The position numbers and the translations under genes are program-made. A DNA stretch of 40,329 nucleotides, from contig JAUCBJ010006623.1 of assembly GCA_032718475.1 (NCBI GenBank), positions 1-40,329 on the forward strand, read 5' to 3'. Under the pieces are notes generated by a model. It was given only the letters and a program-made list of their open reading frames with translations, did no database searches and was not told where the DNA came from. Source of the stretch: Nemertoderma westbladi (Eukaryota; Animalia; Xenacoelomorpha). The stretch's first letter is position 1. The number at the start of each line of letters is the position of its first letter. Below are positions 10,801 through 24,399 of this stretch, one piece after another.

Positions 10801-13800
10801 AGGTAGAAGTAGTCCTAATGATGGGTCAGCTGACCGAGAAGGAATCTATCTTAGGTAGAAGTAGTCCTAATGACGGGTCAGCTGACCGAGAAGGAATCTA
10901 CCTTAGGTAGAAGTAGTCCTAATGACGGGTCAGCTGACCGAGAAGCAATCTACCTTAGGTAGAAGTAGTCCTAATGACGGGTCAGCTGTCCTAGAAGGAA
11001 TCTACCTTAGGTAGAAGTAGTCCTAATGACGGGTCAGCTGTCCGAGAAGGAATCTACATTAGGTAGAAGTAGTCCTAATGACGGGTCAGCTGACCGAGAA
11101 GCAATCTACCTTAGGTAGAAGTAGTCCTAATGACGGGTCAGCTGACCGAGAAGGAATCTACCTTAGGTAGAAGTAGTCCTAATGACGGGTCAGCTGTCCG
11201 AGAAGGAATCTACCTTAGGTAGAAGTAGTCCTAATGACGGGTCAGCTGACCGAGAAGGAATCTACATTAGGTAGAAGTAGTCCTAATGACGGGTCAGCTG
11301 TCCGAGAAGGAATCTACATTAGGTAGAAGTAGTCCTAATGACGGGTCAGCTGACCGAGAAGGAATCTACATTAGGTAGAAGTAGTCCTAATGACGGGTCA
11401 GCTGACCGAGAAGGAATCTACCTTAGGTAGAAGTAGTCCTAATGACGGGTCAGCTGTCCGAGAAGGAATCTACATTAGGTAGAAGTAGTCCTAATGACGG
11501 GTCAGCTGACCGAGAAGGAATCTACCTTAGGTAGAAGTAGTCCTAATGACGGGTCAGCTGTCCGAGAAGGAATCTACCTTAGGTAGAAGTAGTCCTAATG
11601 ACGGTTCAGCTGACCGAGAAGGAATATACCTTAGGTAGAAGTAGTCCTAATGACGGTTCAGCTGACCGAGAAGGAATCTACCTTAGGTAGAAGAAGTCCT
11701 AATGACGGGTCAGCTGTCCGAGAAGGAATCTACATTAGGTAGAAGTAGTCCTAATGACGGGTCAGCTGACCGAGAAGGAATCTACATTAGGTAGAAGTAG
11801 TCCTAATGACGGGTCAGCTGACCGAGAAGGAATCTACATTAGGTAGAAGTAGTCCTAATGACGGGTCAGCTGTCCGAGAAGGAATCTACATTAGGTAGAA
11901 GTAGTCCTAATGACGGGTCAGCTGTCCGAGAAGGAATCTACATTAGGTAGAAGTAGTCCTAATGACGGGTCAGCTGACCGAGAAGGAATCTACATTAGGT
12001 AGAAGTAGTCCTAATGACGGGTCAGCTGTCCGAGAAGGAATCTACATTAGGTAGAAGTAGTCCTAATGACGGGTCAGCTGACCGAGAAGGAATCTACATT
12101 AGGTAGAAGTAGTCCTAATGACGGGTCAGCTGTCCGAGTAGGAATCTACATTAGGTAGAAGTAGTCCTAATGACGGTTCAGCTGACCGAGAAGGAATATA
12201 CCTTAGGTAGAAGTAGTCCTAATGACGGGTCAGCTGACCGAGAAGCAATCTACATTAGGTAGAAGTAGTCCTAATGACGGGTCATCTGACCGAGAAGGAA
12301 TCTACATTAGGTAGAAGTAGTCCTAATGACGGGTCAGCTGACCGAGAAGGAATCTACATTAGGTAGAAGTAGTCCTAATGACGGGTCAGCTGACCGAGAA
12401 GGAATCTACATTAGGTAGAAGTAGTCCTAATGACGGGTCAGCTGACCGAGAAGGAATCTACATTAGGTAGAAGTAGTCCTAATGACGGGTCATCTGACCG
12501 AGAAGGAATCTACATTAGGTAGAAGTAGTCCTAATGACGGGTCAGCTGACCGAGAAGGAATCTACATTAGGTAGAAGTAGTCCTAATGACGGGTCAGCTG
12601 ACCGAGAAGGAATCTACATTAGGTAGAAGTAGTCCTAATGACGGGTCAGCTGACCGAGAAGGAATCTACATTAGGTAGAAGTAGTCCTAATGACGGGTCA
12701 GCTGACCGAGAAGGAATCTACATTAGGTAGAAGTATTCCTAATGACGGGTCAGCTGACCGAGAAGGAATCTACATTAGGTAGAAGTAGTCCTAATGACGG
12801 GTCAGCTGACCGACAAGCAATCTACATTAGGTAGAAGTAGTCCTAATGACGGGTCAGCTTACCGAGAAGGAATCTACATTAGGTAGAAGTAGTCCTAATG
12901 ACGGGTCAGCTGACCGAGAAGGAATCTACATTAGGTAGAAGTAGTCCTAATGACGGGTCAGCTGACCGAGAAGGAATCTACATTAGGTAGAAGTAGTCCT
13001 AATGATGGGTCAGCTGACCGAAAAGGAATCTACATTAGATAGAAGTAGTCCTAATGACGGGTCAGCTGACCGAGAAGGAATCTATCTACCTTAGGTAGAA
13101 GTAGTCCTAATGACGGGTCAGCTGACCGAGAAGGAATCTATCTACCTTAGGTAGAAGTAGTCCTAATGACGGGTCAGCTGACCGAGAAGGAATCTATCTA
13201 TCTTAGGTAGAAGTAGTCCTAATGACGGGTCAGCTGACCGAGAAGGAATCTATCTACCTTAGGTAGAAGTAGTCCTAATGACGGGTCAGCTGACCGAGAA
13301 GGAATCTATCTACCTTAGGTAGAAGTAGTCCTAATGACGGGTCAGCTGACCGAGAAGGAATCTATCTACCTTAGGTAGAAGTAGTCCTAATGACGGGTCA
13401 GCTGACCGAGAAGGAATCTATATACCTTAGGTAGAAGTAGTCCTAATGACGGGTCAGCTGACCGAGAAGGAATCTATCTACCTTAGGTAGAAGTAGTCCT
13501 AATGACGGGTCAGCTGACCGAGAAGGAATCTATCTACCTTAGGTAGAAGTAGTCCTAATGACTGGTCAGCTGACCGAGAAGGAATCTACCTTAGGTAGAA
13601 GTAGTCCTAATGACGAGTCAGCTGTCCGAGAAGGAATCTACCTTAGGTAGAAGTAGTCCTAATGACGGGTCAGCTGACCGAGAAGGAATCTACATTAGGT
13701 AGAAGTAGTCCTAATGACGGGTCAGCTGACCGAGAAGCCATCTACATTAGGTAGAAGTAGTCCTAATGACGGGTCAGCTGACCGAGAAGCAATCTACATT

Positions 13801-16800
13801 AGGTAGAAGTAGTCCTAATGACGGGTCAGCTGACCGACAAGCAATCTACATTAGGTAGAAGTAGTCCTAATGACGGGTCAGCTGACCGAGAAGCAATCTA
13901 CATTAGGTAGAAGTAGTCCTAATGACGGGTCAGCTGACCGACAAGCAATCTACATTAGGTAGAAGTAGTCCTAATGACGGGTCAGCTTACCGAGAAGGAA
14001 TCTACATTAGGTAGAAGTAGTCCTAATGACGGTTCAGCTGACCGAGAAGGAATCTACCTTAGGTAGAAGTAGTCCTAATGACGGTTCAGCTGACCGAGAA
14101 GGAATCTACCTTAGGTAGAAGTAGTCCTAATGACTGGTCAGCTGTCCGAGAAGGAATCTACATTAGGTAGAAGTAGTCCTAATGACGGGTCAGCTGTCCG
14201 AGAAGCAATCTACATTAGGTAGAAGTAGTCCTAATGATGGGTCAGCTTACCGAGAAGGAATCTACATTAGGTAGAAGTAGTCCTAATGATGGGTCAGCTT
14301 ACCGAGAAGGAATCTACATTAGGTAGAAGTAGTCCTAATGACGGGTCAGCTGTCCGAGAAGCAATCTACATTAGGTAGAAGTAGTCCTAATGACGGGTCA
14401 GCTGACCGAGAAGCAATCTACCTTAGGTAGAAGTAGTCCTAATGACGGGTCAGCTGACCGAGAAGGAATCTACATTAGGTAGAAGTAGTCCTAATGACGG
14501 GTCAGCTGACCGAGAAGCAATCTACATTAGGTAGAAGTAGTCCTAATGACGGGTCAGCTGTCCGAGAAGCAATCTACATTAGGTAGAAGTAGTCCTAATG
14601 ACGGGTCAGCTGACCGAGAAGCAATCTACCTTAGGTAGAAGTGTCCTAATGACGGTTCAGCTGACCGAGAAGCAATCTACATTAGGTAGAAGTAGTCCTA
14701 ATGACGGGTCAGCTGACCGAGAAGCAATCTACATTAGGTAGAAGTAGTCCTAATGACGGGTCAGCTGACCGAGAAGCAATCTACCTTAGGTAGAAGTAGT
14801 CCTAATGACGGGTCAGCTGACCGAGAAGGAATCTACCTTAGGTAGAAGTAGTCCTAATGACGGGTCAGCTGACCGAGAAGCAATCTACATTAGGTAGAAG
14901 TAGTCCTAATGACGGGTCAGCTGACCGAGAAGCAATCTACCTTAGGTAGAAGTAGTCCTAATGACGGGTCAGCTGTCCGAGAAGGAATCTACCTTAGGTA
15001 GAAGTAGTCCCAATGACGGGTCAGCTGACCGAGAAGGAATCTACCTTAGGTAGAAGTAGTCCCAATGACGGGTCAGCTGACCGAGAAGCAATCTTCCTTA
15101 GGTAGAAGTAGTCCTAATGACGGGTCAGCTGACCGAGAAGCAATCTACCTTAGGTAGAAGTAGTCCTAATGACGGGTCAGCTGACCGAGAAGCAATCTAC
15201 CTTAGGTAGAAGTGTCCTAATGACGGTTCAGCTGACCGAGAAGCAATCTACATTAGGTAGAAGTAGTCCTAATGACGGGTCAGCTGACCGAGAAGGAATC
15301 TACATTAGGTAGAAGTAGTCCTAATGACGGGTCAGCTGACCGAGAAGGAATCTACATTAGGTAGAAGTAGTCCTAATGACGGGTCAGCTGACCGAGAAGG
15401 AATCTACATTAGGTAGAAGTGTCCTAATGACGGTTCAGCTGACCGAGAAGCAATCTACATTAGGTAGAAGTAGTCCTAATGACGGGTCAGCTGACCGAGA
15501 AGCAATCTACATTAGGTAGAAGTAGTCCTAATGACGGGTCAGCTGACCGAGAAGCAATCTACCTTAGGTAGAAGTAGTCCTAATGACGGGTCAGCTGACC
15601 GAGAAGGAATCTACCTTAGGTAGAAGTAGTCCTAATGACGGGTCAGCTGACCGAGAAGCAATCTACATTAGGTAGAAGTAGTCCTAATGACGGGTCAGCT
15701 GACCGAGAAGCAATCTACCTTAGGTAGAAGTAGTCCTAATGACGGGTCAGCTGACCGAGAAGGAATCTACCTTAGGTAGAAGTAGTCCTAATGACGGGTC
15801 AGCTGACCGAGAAGGAATCTACCTTAGGTAGAAGTAGTCCTAATGACGGGTCAGCTGACCGAGAAGCAATCTTCCTTAGGTAGAAGTAGTCCTAATGACG
15901 GGTCAGCTGACCGAGAAGCAATCTACCTTAGGTAGAAGTAGTCCTAATGACGGGTCAGCTGACCGAGAAGCAATCTACCTTAGGTAGAAGTGTCCTAATG
16001 ACGGTTCAGCTGACCGAGAAGCAATCTACATTAGGTAGAAGTAGTCCTAATGACGGGTCAGCTGACCGAGAAGGAATCTACATTAGGTAGAAGTAGTCCT
16101 AATGACGGGTCAGCTGACCGAGAAGGAATCTACATTAGGTAGAAGTAGTCCTAATGACGGGTCAGCTGACCGAGAAGGAATCTACATTAGGTAGAAGTAG
16201 TCCTAATGACGGGTCAGCTGACCGAGAAGCAATCTACATTAGGTAGAAGTAGTCCTAATGACGGGTCAGCTGACCGAGAAGGAATCTACATTAGGTAGAA
16301 GTAGTCCTAATGACGGGTCAGCTGACCGAGAAGGAATCTACATTAGGTAGAAGTAGTCCTAATGACGGGTCAGCTGACCGAGAAGCAATCTACATTAGGT
16401 AGAAGTAGTCCTAATGACGGGTCAGCTGACCGAGAAGCAATCTACATTAGGTAGAAGTAGTCCTAATGACGGGTCAGCTGACCGAGAAGGAATCTACCTT
16501 AGGTAGAAGTAGTCCTAATGACGGGTCAGCTGACCGAGAAGGAATCTACCTTAGGTAGAAGTAGTCCTAATGACGGGTCAGCTGTCCGAGAAGCAATCTA
16601 CATTAGGTAGAAGTAGTCCTAATGACGGGTCAGCTGACCGAGAAGCAATCTACCTTAGGTAGAAGTAGTCCTAATGACGGGTCAGCTGACCGAGAAGGAA
16701 TATACCTTAGGTAGAAGTAGTCCTAATGACGGGTAGTCCTAATGACGGGTCAGCTGACCGAGAAGCAATCTACCTTAGGTAGAAGTAGTCCTAATGACGG

Positions 16801-19800
16801 GTCAGCTGACCGAGAAGGAATCTACATTAGGTAGAAGTAGTCCTAATGACGGGTCAGCTGTCCGAGAAGCAATCTACATTAGGTAGAAGTAGTCCTAATG
16901 ACGGGTCAGCTGACCGAGAAGCAATCTACCTTAGGTAGAAGTGTCCTAATGACGGTTCAGCTGACCGAGAAGCAATCTACATTAGGTAGAAGTAGTCCTA
17001 ATGACGGGTCAGCTGACCGAGAAGCAATCTACATTAGGTAGAAGTAGTCCTAATGACGGGTCAGCTGACCGAGAAGCAATCTACCTTAGGTAGAAGTAGT
17101 CCTAATGACGGGTCAGCTGACCGAGAAGGAATCTACCTTAGGTAGAAGTAGTCCTAATGACGGGTCAGCTGACCGAGAAGCAATCTACATTAGGTAGAAG
17201 TAGTCCTAATGACGGGTCAGCTGACCGAGAAGCAATCTACCTTAGGTAGAAGTAGTCCTAATGACGGGTCAGCTGACCGAGAAGGAATCTACCTTAGGTA
17301 GAAGTAGTCCTAATGACGGGTCAGCTGACCGAGAAGGAATCTACCTTAGGTAGAAGTAGTCCTAATGACGGGTCAGCTGACCGAGAAGGAATCTACCTTA
17401 GGTAGAAGTAGTCCTAATGACGGGTCAGCTGACCGAGAAGCAATCTACCTTAGGTAGAAGTGTCCTAATGACGGTTCAGCTGACCGAGAAGCAATCTACA
17501 TTAGGTAGAAGTAGTCCTAATGACGGGTCAGCTGACCGAGAAGGAATCTACATTAGGTAGAAGTAGTCCTAATGACGGGTCAGCTGACCGAGAAGGAATC
17601 TACATTAGGTAGAAGTAGTCCTAATGACGGGTCAGCTGACCGAGAAGGAATCTACATTAGGTAGAAGTAGTCCTAATGACGGTTCAGCTGACCGAGAAGC
17701 AATCTACATTAGGTAGAAGTAGTCCTAATGACGGGTCAGCTGACCGAGAAGGAATCTACATTAGGTAGAAGTAGTCCTAATGACGGGTCAGCTGACCGAG
17801 AAGGAATCTACATTAGGTAGAAGTAGTCCTAATGACGGGTCAGCTGACCGAGAAGCAATCTACATTAGGTAGAAGTAGTCCTAATGACGGGTCAGCTGAC
17901 CGAGAAGCAATCTACCTTAGGTAGAAGTAGTCCTAATGACGGGTCAGCTGACCGAGAAGGAATCTACATTAGGTAGAAGTAGTCCTAATGACGGGTCAGC
18001 TGACCGAGAAGGAATCTACATTAGGTAGAAGTAGTCCTAATGACGGGTCAGCTGACCGAGAAGGAATCTACATTAGGTAGAAGTAGTCCTAATGACGGGT
18101 CAGCTGACCGAGAAGGAATCTACATTAGGTAGAAGTAGTCCTAATGACGGGTCAGCTGACCGAGAAGGAATCTACATTAGGTAGAAGTAGTCCTAATGAC
18201 GGGTCAGCTGACCGAGAAGCAATCTACATTAGGTAGAAGTAGTCCTAATGACGGGTCAGCTGACCGAGAAGCAATCTACCTTAGGTAGAAGTAGTCCTAA
18301 TGACGGGTCAGCTGACCGAGAAGGAATCTACCTTAGGTAGAAGTAGTCCTAATGATGGGTCAGCTGACCGAGAAGGAATCTACATTAGGTAGAAGTAGTC
18401 CTAATGACGGGTCAGCTGACCGAGAAGGAATCTACCTTAGGTAGAAGTAGTCCTAATGACGGTTCAGCTGACCGAGAAGCAATCTACATTAGGTAGAAGT
18501 AGTCCTAATGACGGTTCAGCTGTCAGAGAAGCAATCTACATTAGGTAGAAGTAGTCCTAATGACGGGTCAGCTGACCGAGAAGCAATCTACCTTAGGTAG
18601 AAGTGTCCTAATGACGGTTCAGCTGACCGAGAAGCAATCTACATTAGGTAGAAGTAGTCCTAATGACGGGTCAGCTGACCGAGAAGCAATCTACCTTAGG
18701 TAGAAGTAGTCCTAATGACGGGTCAGCTGACCGAGAAGCAATCTACCTTAGGTAGAAGTAGTCCTAATGACGGGTCAGCTGTCCTAGAAGGAATCTACCT
18801 TAGGTAGAAGTAGTCCTAATGACGGGTCAGCTGTCCGAGAAGGAATCTACATTAGGTAGAAGTAGTCCTAATGACGGGTCAGCTGACCGACAAGCAATCT
18901 ACATTAGGTAGAAGTAGTCCTAATGACGGGTCAGCTGACCGAGAAGGAATCTACCTTAGGTAGAAGTAGTCATAATGACGGGTCAGCTGTCCTAGAAGGA
19001 ATCTACCTTAGGTAGAAGTAGTCCTAATGACGGGCCAGCTGACCGAGAAGGAATCTACATTAGGTAGAAGTAGTCCTAATGACGGTTCAGCTGACCGAGA
19101 AGGAATCTACATTAGGTAGAAGTAGTCCTAATGACGGGTCAGCTGACCGACAAGCAATCTACATTAGGTAGAAGTAGTCCTAATGACGGGTCAGCTGACC
19201 GAGAAGGAATCTACCTTAGGTAGAAGTAGTCCTAATGACGGGTCAGCTGTCCGAGAAGGAATCTACCTTAGGTAGAAGTAGTCCTAATGACGGGTCAGCT
19301 GACCGAGAAGGAATCTACATTAGGTAGAAGTAGTCCTAATGACGGTTCAGCTGACCGAGAAGGAATCTACATTAGGTAGAAGTAGTCCTAATGACTGGTC
19401 AGCTGACCGAGAAGCAATCTACATTAGGTAGAAGTAGTCCTAATGATGGGTCATCTGACCGAGAAGGAATCTACATTAGGTAGAAGTAGTCCTAATGACG
19501 GGTCAGCTGACCGAGAAGCAATCTACATTAGGTAGAAGTAGTCCTAATGATGGGTCATCTGACCGAGAAGGAATCTACATTAGGTAGAAGTAGTCCTAAT
19601 GACGGGTCAGCTGACCGAGAAGGAATCTACATTAGGTAGAAGTGTCCTAATGACGGATCAGCTGACCGAGAAGCAATCTACATTAGGTAGAAGTAGTCCT
19701 AATGACGGGTCAGCTGACCGACAAGCAATCTACATTAGGTAGAAGTAGTCCTAATGACGGGTCAGCTGACCGAGAAGCAATCTACATTAGGTAGAAGTAG

Positions 19801-20686
19801 TCCTAATGACGGGTCAGCTGACCGAGAAGGAATCTACATTAGGTAGAAGTAGTCCTAATGACGGGTCAGCTGACCGAGAAGGAATCTACCTTAGGTAGAA
19901 GTAGTCCTAATGACGGGTCAGCTGACCGAGAAGGAATCTACCTTAGGTAGAAGTAGTCCTAATGACGGGTCAGCTGACCGAGAAGGAATCTACATTAGGT
20001 AGAAGTAGTCCTAATGACGGGTCAGCTGTCCGAGAAGGAATCTACATTAGGTAGAAGTAGTCCTAATGACGGGTCAGCTGACCGAGAAGGAATCTACCTT
20101 AGGTAGAAGTAGTCCTAATGACGGGTCAGCTGACCGAGAAGCAATCTACATTAGGTAGAAGTAGTCCTAATGACGGGTCAGCTGACCGAGAAGGAATCTA
20201 CATTAGGTAGAAGTAGTCCTAATGACGGGTCAGCTGACCGACAAGCAATCTACATTAGGTAGAAGTAGTCCTAATGACGGGTCAGCTGACCGAGAAGCAA
20301 TCTACATTAGGTAGAAGTAGTCCTAATGACGGGTCAGCTGACCGAGAAGGAATCTACATTAGGTAGAAGTAGTCCTAATGACGGGTCAGCTGACCGAGAA
20401 GGAATCTACATTAGGTAGAAGTAGTCCTAATGACGGGTCAGCTGACCGAGAAGGAATCTACCTTAGGTAGAAGTATTCCTAATGACGGGTCAGCTGACCG
20501 AGAAGCAATCTACATTAGGTAGAAGTAGTCCTAATGACTGGTCAGCTGACCGAGAAGCAATCTACATTAGGTAGAAGTAGTCCTAATGATGGGTCATCTG
20601 ACCGAGAAGGAATCTACATTAGGTAGAAGTAGTCCTAATGACGGGTCAGCTGTCCGAGAAGCAATCTACATTAGGTAGAAGTAGTC
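7860..20686. repeat. 52-bp satellite array, about 246 copies (12.8 kb)
   Basis: Consensus GGGTCAGCTGACCGAGAAG(G/C)AATCTAC(C/A)TTAGGTAGAAGTAGTCCTAATGAC, period 52; 51-bp and 56-bp variants present; no unique spacers and no long ORFs. Confidence 0.98.
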
Positions 20687-21247
20687 GTCGAAACTGTTTG
20701 ATAGTATATGCATAAGTCAGGACCTTTGCGGAAACTTAGAAATGGAAGCAATTGGAAGGCATGGAAAGGAGTGATTAGATAGACAAATGATTATTCAATA
20801 AATTACTGTTGATTGTATTCTATGATATTTTTCTAGGGATAAAAATACTTAATTGTAGTGATTTTAAGAAATTGCATTCTCACACGGATCGGCGCAGGAC
20901 AAATAAACGCAAGTAATTAGCTAATTGTGTAGGACTTTGCCGCGCGCTTTCAGCATTATTATCCCCGCCCTCTCTATGTTGCACTGCTACTTGTTTGTCT
21001 CAAATAATAATAATAGGACAACCCTAATAACTATTGTCCGTTAGGTAGTAGCTAGTGATTAAAATTTGGAGTACCTGTAGGCGTAGTTCTTATCTTGTGT
21101 GCGGATTATGGGTTTTCTATTTAATTAGAAAAAAACGACTTGTATTTTCGAATATCTGAAAGTCCGATATTGAAGTTGATTAGTAAAACCTAAATCTCTT
21201 AACTTTCTCACATTTGATCTAAAATAGATAATATTTTCTAATATCAT

Positions 21248-21290
21248 GGTAAAGTAAAGTAGGTAAAGTAGGTAAAGTAGGTAAAGTAGG
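21248..21290. repeat. 9-bp tandem repeat (GGTAAAGTA)n, about 4-5 copies
   Basis: Directly visible. Confidence 0.85.
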
Positions 21291-21340
21291 TGTACAGTAG
21301 GCCTAAAAGTGTTAGAAAATCCGACTTATATCAACTTTCC

Positions 21341-22878
21341 ATTTCCTCCAGTTGTTCAACATCGACATGGTAGATGCACTCCGCTCCACTTTCCTCCAGT
21401 TGTTCAACATCGACATGGTAGATGCACTCCGCTCCACTTTCCTCCAGTTGTTCAACATCGACATGGTAGATGCACTCCGCTCCACTTTCCTCCAGTTATT
21501 CAACATCGACATGGTAGATGCACTCCGCTCCACTTTCCTCCAGTTGTTCAACATCGACATGGTAGATGCACTCCGCTCCACTTTCCTCCAGTTGTTCAAC
21601 ATCGACATGGTAGATGCACTCCGCTCCACTTTCCTCCAGTTGTTCAACATCGACATGGTAGATGCACTCCGCTCCACTTTCCTCCAGTTGTTCAACATCG
21701 ACATGGTAGATGCACTCCGCTCCACTTTCCTCCAGTTGTTCAACATCGACATGGTAGATGCACTCCGCTCCACTTTTCTCCAGTTGTTCAACATCGACAT
21801 GGTAGATGCACTCCGCTCCACTTTCCTCCAGTTGTTCAACATCGACATGGTAGATGCACTCCGCTCCACTTTCCTCCAGTTGTTCAACATCGACATGGTA
21901 GATGCACTCCGCTCCACTTTCCTCCAGTTGTTCAACATAGACATGGTAGATGCACTCCGCTCCACTTTCCTCCAGTTGTTCAACATCGACATGGTAGATG
22001 CACTCCGCTCCACTTTCCTCCAGTTGTTCAACATCGACATGGTAGATGCACTCCGCTCCACTTTCCTCCAGTTGTTCAACATCGACATGGTAGATGCACT
22101 CCGCTCCACTTTCCTCCAGTTATTCAACATCGACATGGTAGATGCACTCCGCTCCACTTTCCTCCAGTTGTTCAACATCGACATGGTAGATGCACTCCGC
22201 TCCACTTTCCTCCAGTTGTTCAACATCGACATGGTAGATGCTCTCCGCTCCACTTTCCTCCAGTTGTTCAACATCGACATGGTAGATGCACTCCGCTCCA
22301 CTTTCCTCTAGTTGTTCAACATCGACATGGTAGATGCACTCCGCTCCACTTTCCTCCAGTTGTTCAACATCGACATGGTAGATGCACTCCGCTCCACTTT
22401 CCTCCAGTTATTCAACATCGACATGGTAGATGCACTCCGCTCCACTTTCCTCCAGTTGTTCAACATCGACATGGTAGATGCACTCCGCTCCACTTTCCTC
22501 CAGTTGTTCAACATCGACATGGTAGATGCTCTCCGCTCCACTTTCCTCCAGTTGTTCAACATCGACATGGTAGATGCACTCCGCTCCACTTTCCTCCAGT
22601 TGTTCAACATCGACATGGTAGATGCACTCCGCTCCACTTTCCTCCAGTTGTTCAACATCGACATGGTAGATGCACTCCGCTCCACTTTCCTCCAGTTGTT
22701 CAACATCGACATGGTAGATGCACTCCGCTCCACTTTCCTCCAGTTGTTCAACATCGACATGGTAGATGCACTCCGCTCCACTTTCCTCCAGTTGTACAAC
22801 ATCGACATGGTAGATGCACTCCGCTCCACTTTCCTCCAGTTGTTCAACATCGACATGGTAGATGCACTCCGCTCCACT
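21341..22878. repeat. 48-bp minisatellite, about 32 copies
   Basis: Unit ACTTTCCTCCAGTTGTTCAACATCGACATGGTAGATGCACTCCGCTCC; very homogeneous; paired variants recur 288 bp apart (22121/22409 and 22241/22529), indicating a 6-unit block duplication. Confidence 0.97.
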
Positions 22879-23289
22879 ACTGTGGTCTACAAATACAGTA
22901 GTATAGTTGGCCGATGTTTGATAAAGGTTGAGGGAGTGGTAATATTTTTGAAAAGTGTTTTACAAATGATTTCTGAATATTTCTTTATTTTGTTCAAAAT
23001 AGGTAAATGAATGTGGGGAAGTATCAAATTAAAAGAGGAAAAATTCTCACCGTTTGAGGTAATTAAACTTTCATTGAACATTTATAAGCGTTTCATAAGT
23101 TATTAATATTGTATATCTGGGTCAAATCGAAAAGTGTTACAAACAATCTGTTTGTTTTGTTACAAAATGATGGTGATTTATATTGTAAATGTTATGGCCG
23201 CCTGAATTGGCTGCCTGAACGTCTAAGTTCGGTGGTGATTTACTTCTGCGAAATTTGCTTGTTTCCCAAAAAGTTAACAGTAGGCCTAA

Positions 23290-24130
23290 ACTTCTTCAAA
23301 CTGCAAACAAAATGAAGGGTGACCCTAAAGCGTTTTGGAGACATTTTAGCAAAAGAAACAACTCCCCAAGAGAATTTAAGGGACCAGCTGCGGGAGCTGA
23401 TTCAAAACCGCTTCAAAGAAAATACCGATCAACGATTATCCGAACTGGCAGCGACTCAGATTTATAGTTCTTGCCTTGATATTCAAGTACCGTTGATATC
23501 CCAAGTTTCGGTTCGCAGTATGATAGTGGCGCTCTCACGTAGTAAACGCCATCTTACCATTGAACATCTTCTGTTCGTCAATGATGAAATTATTTGCCGC
23601 CACCTTTGTAACCTGTTTAATAACTCACTTTTGTTAGGAGTCGTACCTGTAACCTTCTGTGACACTCTGTAAATTTACTGTATAAGGGGAAGGGAAAGGA
23701 TGCTTCAAAATCTACTTCTTACCGTCCTATTAGTAATATTAGCATTTCCGCAAATATTATGGAAGCAGTCATTATGGGCAAGTTCTTTGCAGATCTACCT
23801 GAACCCAGTGCGTGTCAAACAGCTTACCAGAAAAGAACAGGATGTGATATAGTTATCGCCGCTGTCTTAGAGAACATTGATCACTACACATCCCAGGGAT
23901 CACCTATTTTCCTTGAAGCTTGACACTAGAACAAAATCGCCTCCGCTTTGCAGGACATTGCTTTCGCCGATCCTAGTAGTAGTATTCGCCTTCTAACAAT
24001 ACATTCTGCAGAGTTTCATCGAAGTTCGTTCGTTCGGAAGTTACCCGTTACTACAGTAACTCACTTATGGAATAGTATCGCACTCCCTTCTATTCTTTAT
24101 AGCCTTTATAGCGCTCAAAGCTATACGATC
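23290..24130 (+). mobile_element. Degenerate, internally deleted non-LTR retrotransposon (LINE ORF2 fragment)
   Basis: Frameshifted translations: KGDPKAFWRHF; LCNLFNNSLLLGVVP; LYKGKGKDASKSTSYRPISNISISANIMEAVI...QTAYQKRTGCD (N-terminal RT subdomains, YRPIS motif, about 23669-23920); then a jump to a C-terminal-like HLWNSI segment. Confidence 0.82.
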
Positions 24131-24399
24131 TACCAGCCTTAGTGTCCATTTTAACTTTCGATTACTGTAAACGCAACCATAACAACCGATTAAGAAGACA
24201 AACATCAACACTAAATCGAGCTGCTGCTTAGTCTATGAATTGAATATGAAAATATGAATAATATAACTTCTAATTGTAGGTCTCCACTAAATGAAACTAT
24301 TTGAGTATAAATATAAATGTAAACTATAACTACAGTAAAATATGTGACTTAGAGGAAGTATGAGAAAGTTGGGGGAAAGTATCCTGCATATTATAATGA

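Noticed and set aside
7860-20686. CRISPR array
   Set aside because: Units are contiguous with no unique spacers, there are no cas genes, and the context is eukaryotic.
7860-20686. Hammerhead-ribozyme satellite (CTAATGA-hairpin-GAGAA-hairpin-GTC looks superficially similar)
   Set aside because: The core would need CUGANGA and GAAA flanking stem II with stem III closing on UH. The unit has CUAAUGA and GAGAA, and the pairings do not register. An Infernal search with hammerhead models would settle it.
21309-23010. Long ORFs (530, 329, 319, 189, 232 aa) over the 48-bp array, including a TPLH ankyrin-like word
   Set aside because: Open in several frames on both strands because the unit is a stop-poor multiple of 3; the 16-aa period does not match the 33-aa ankyrin repeat.
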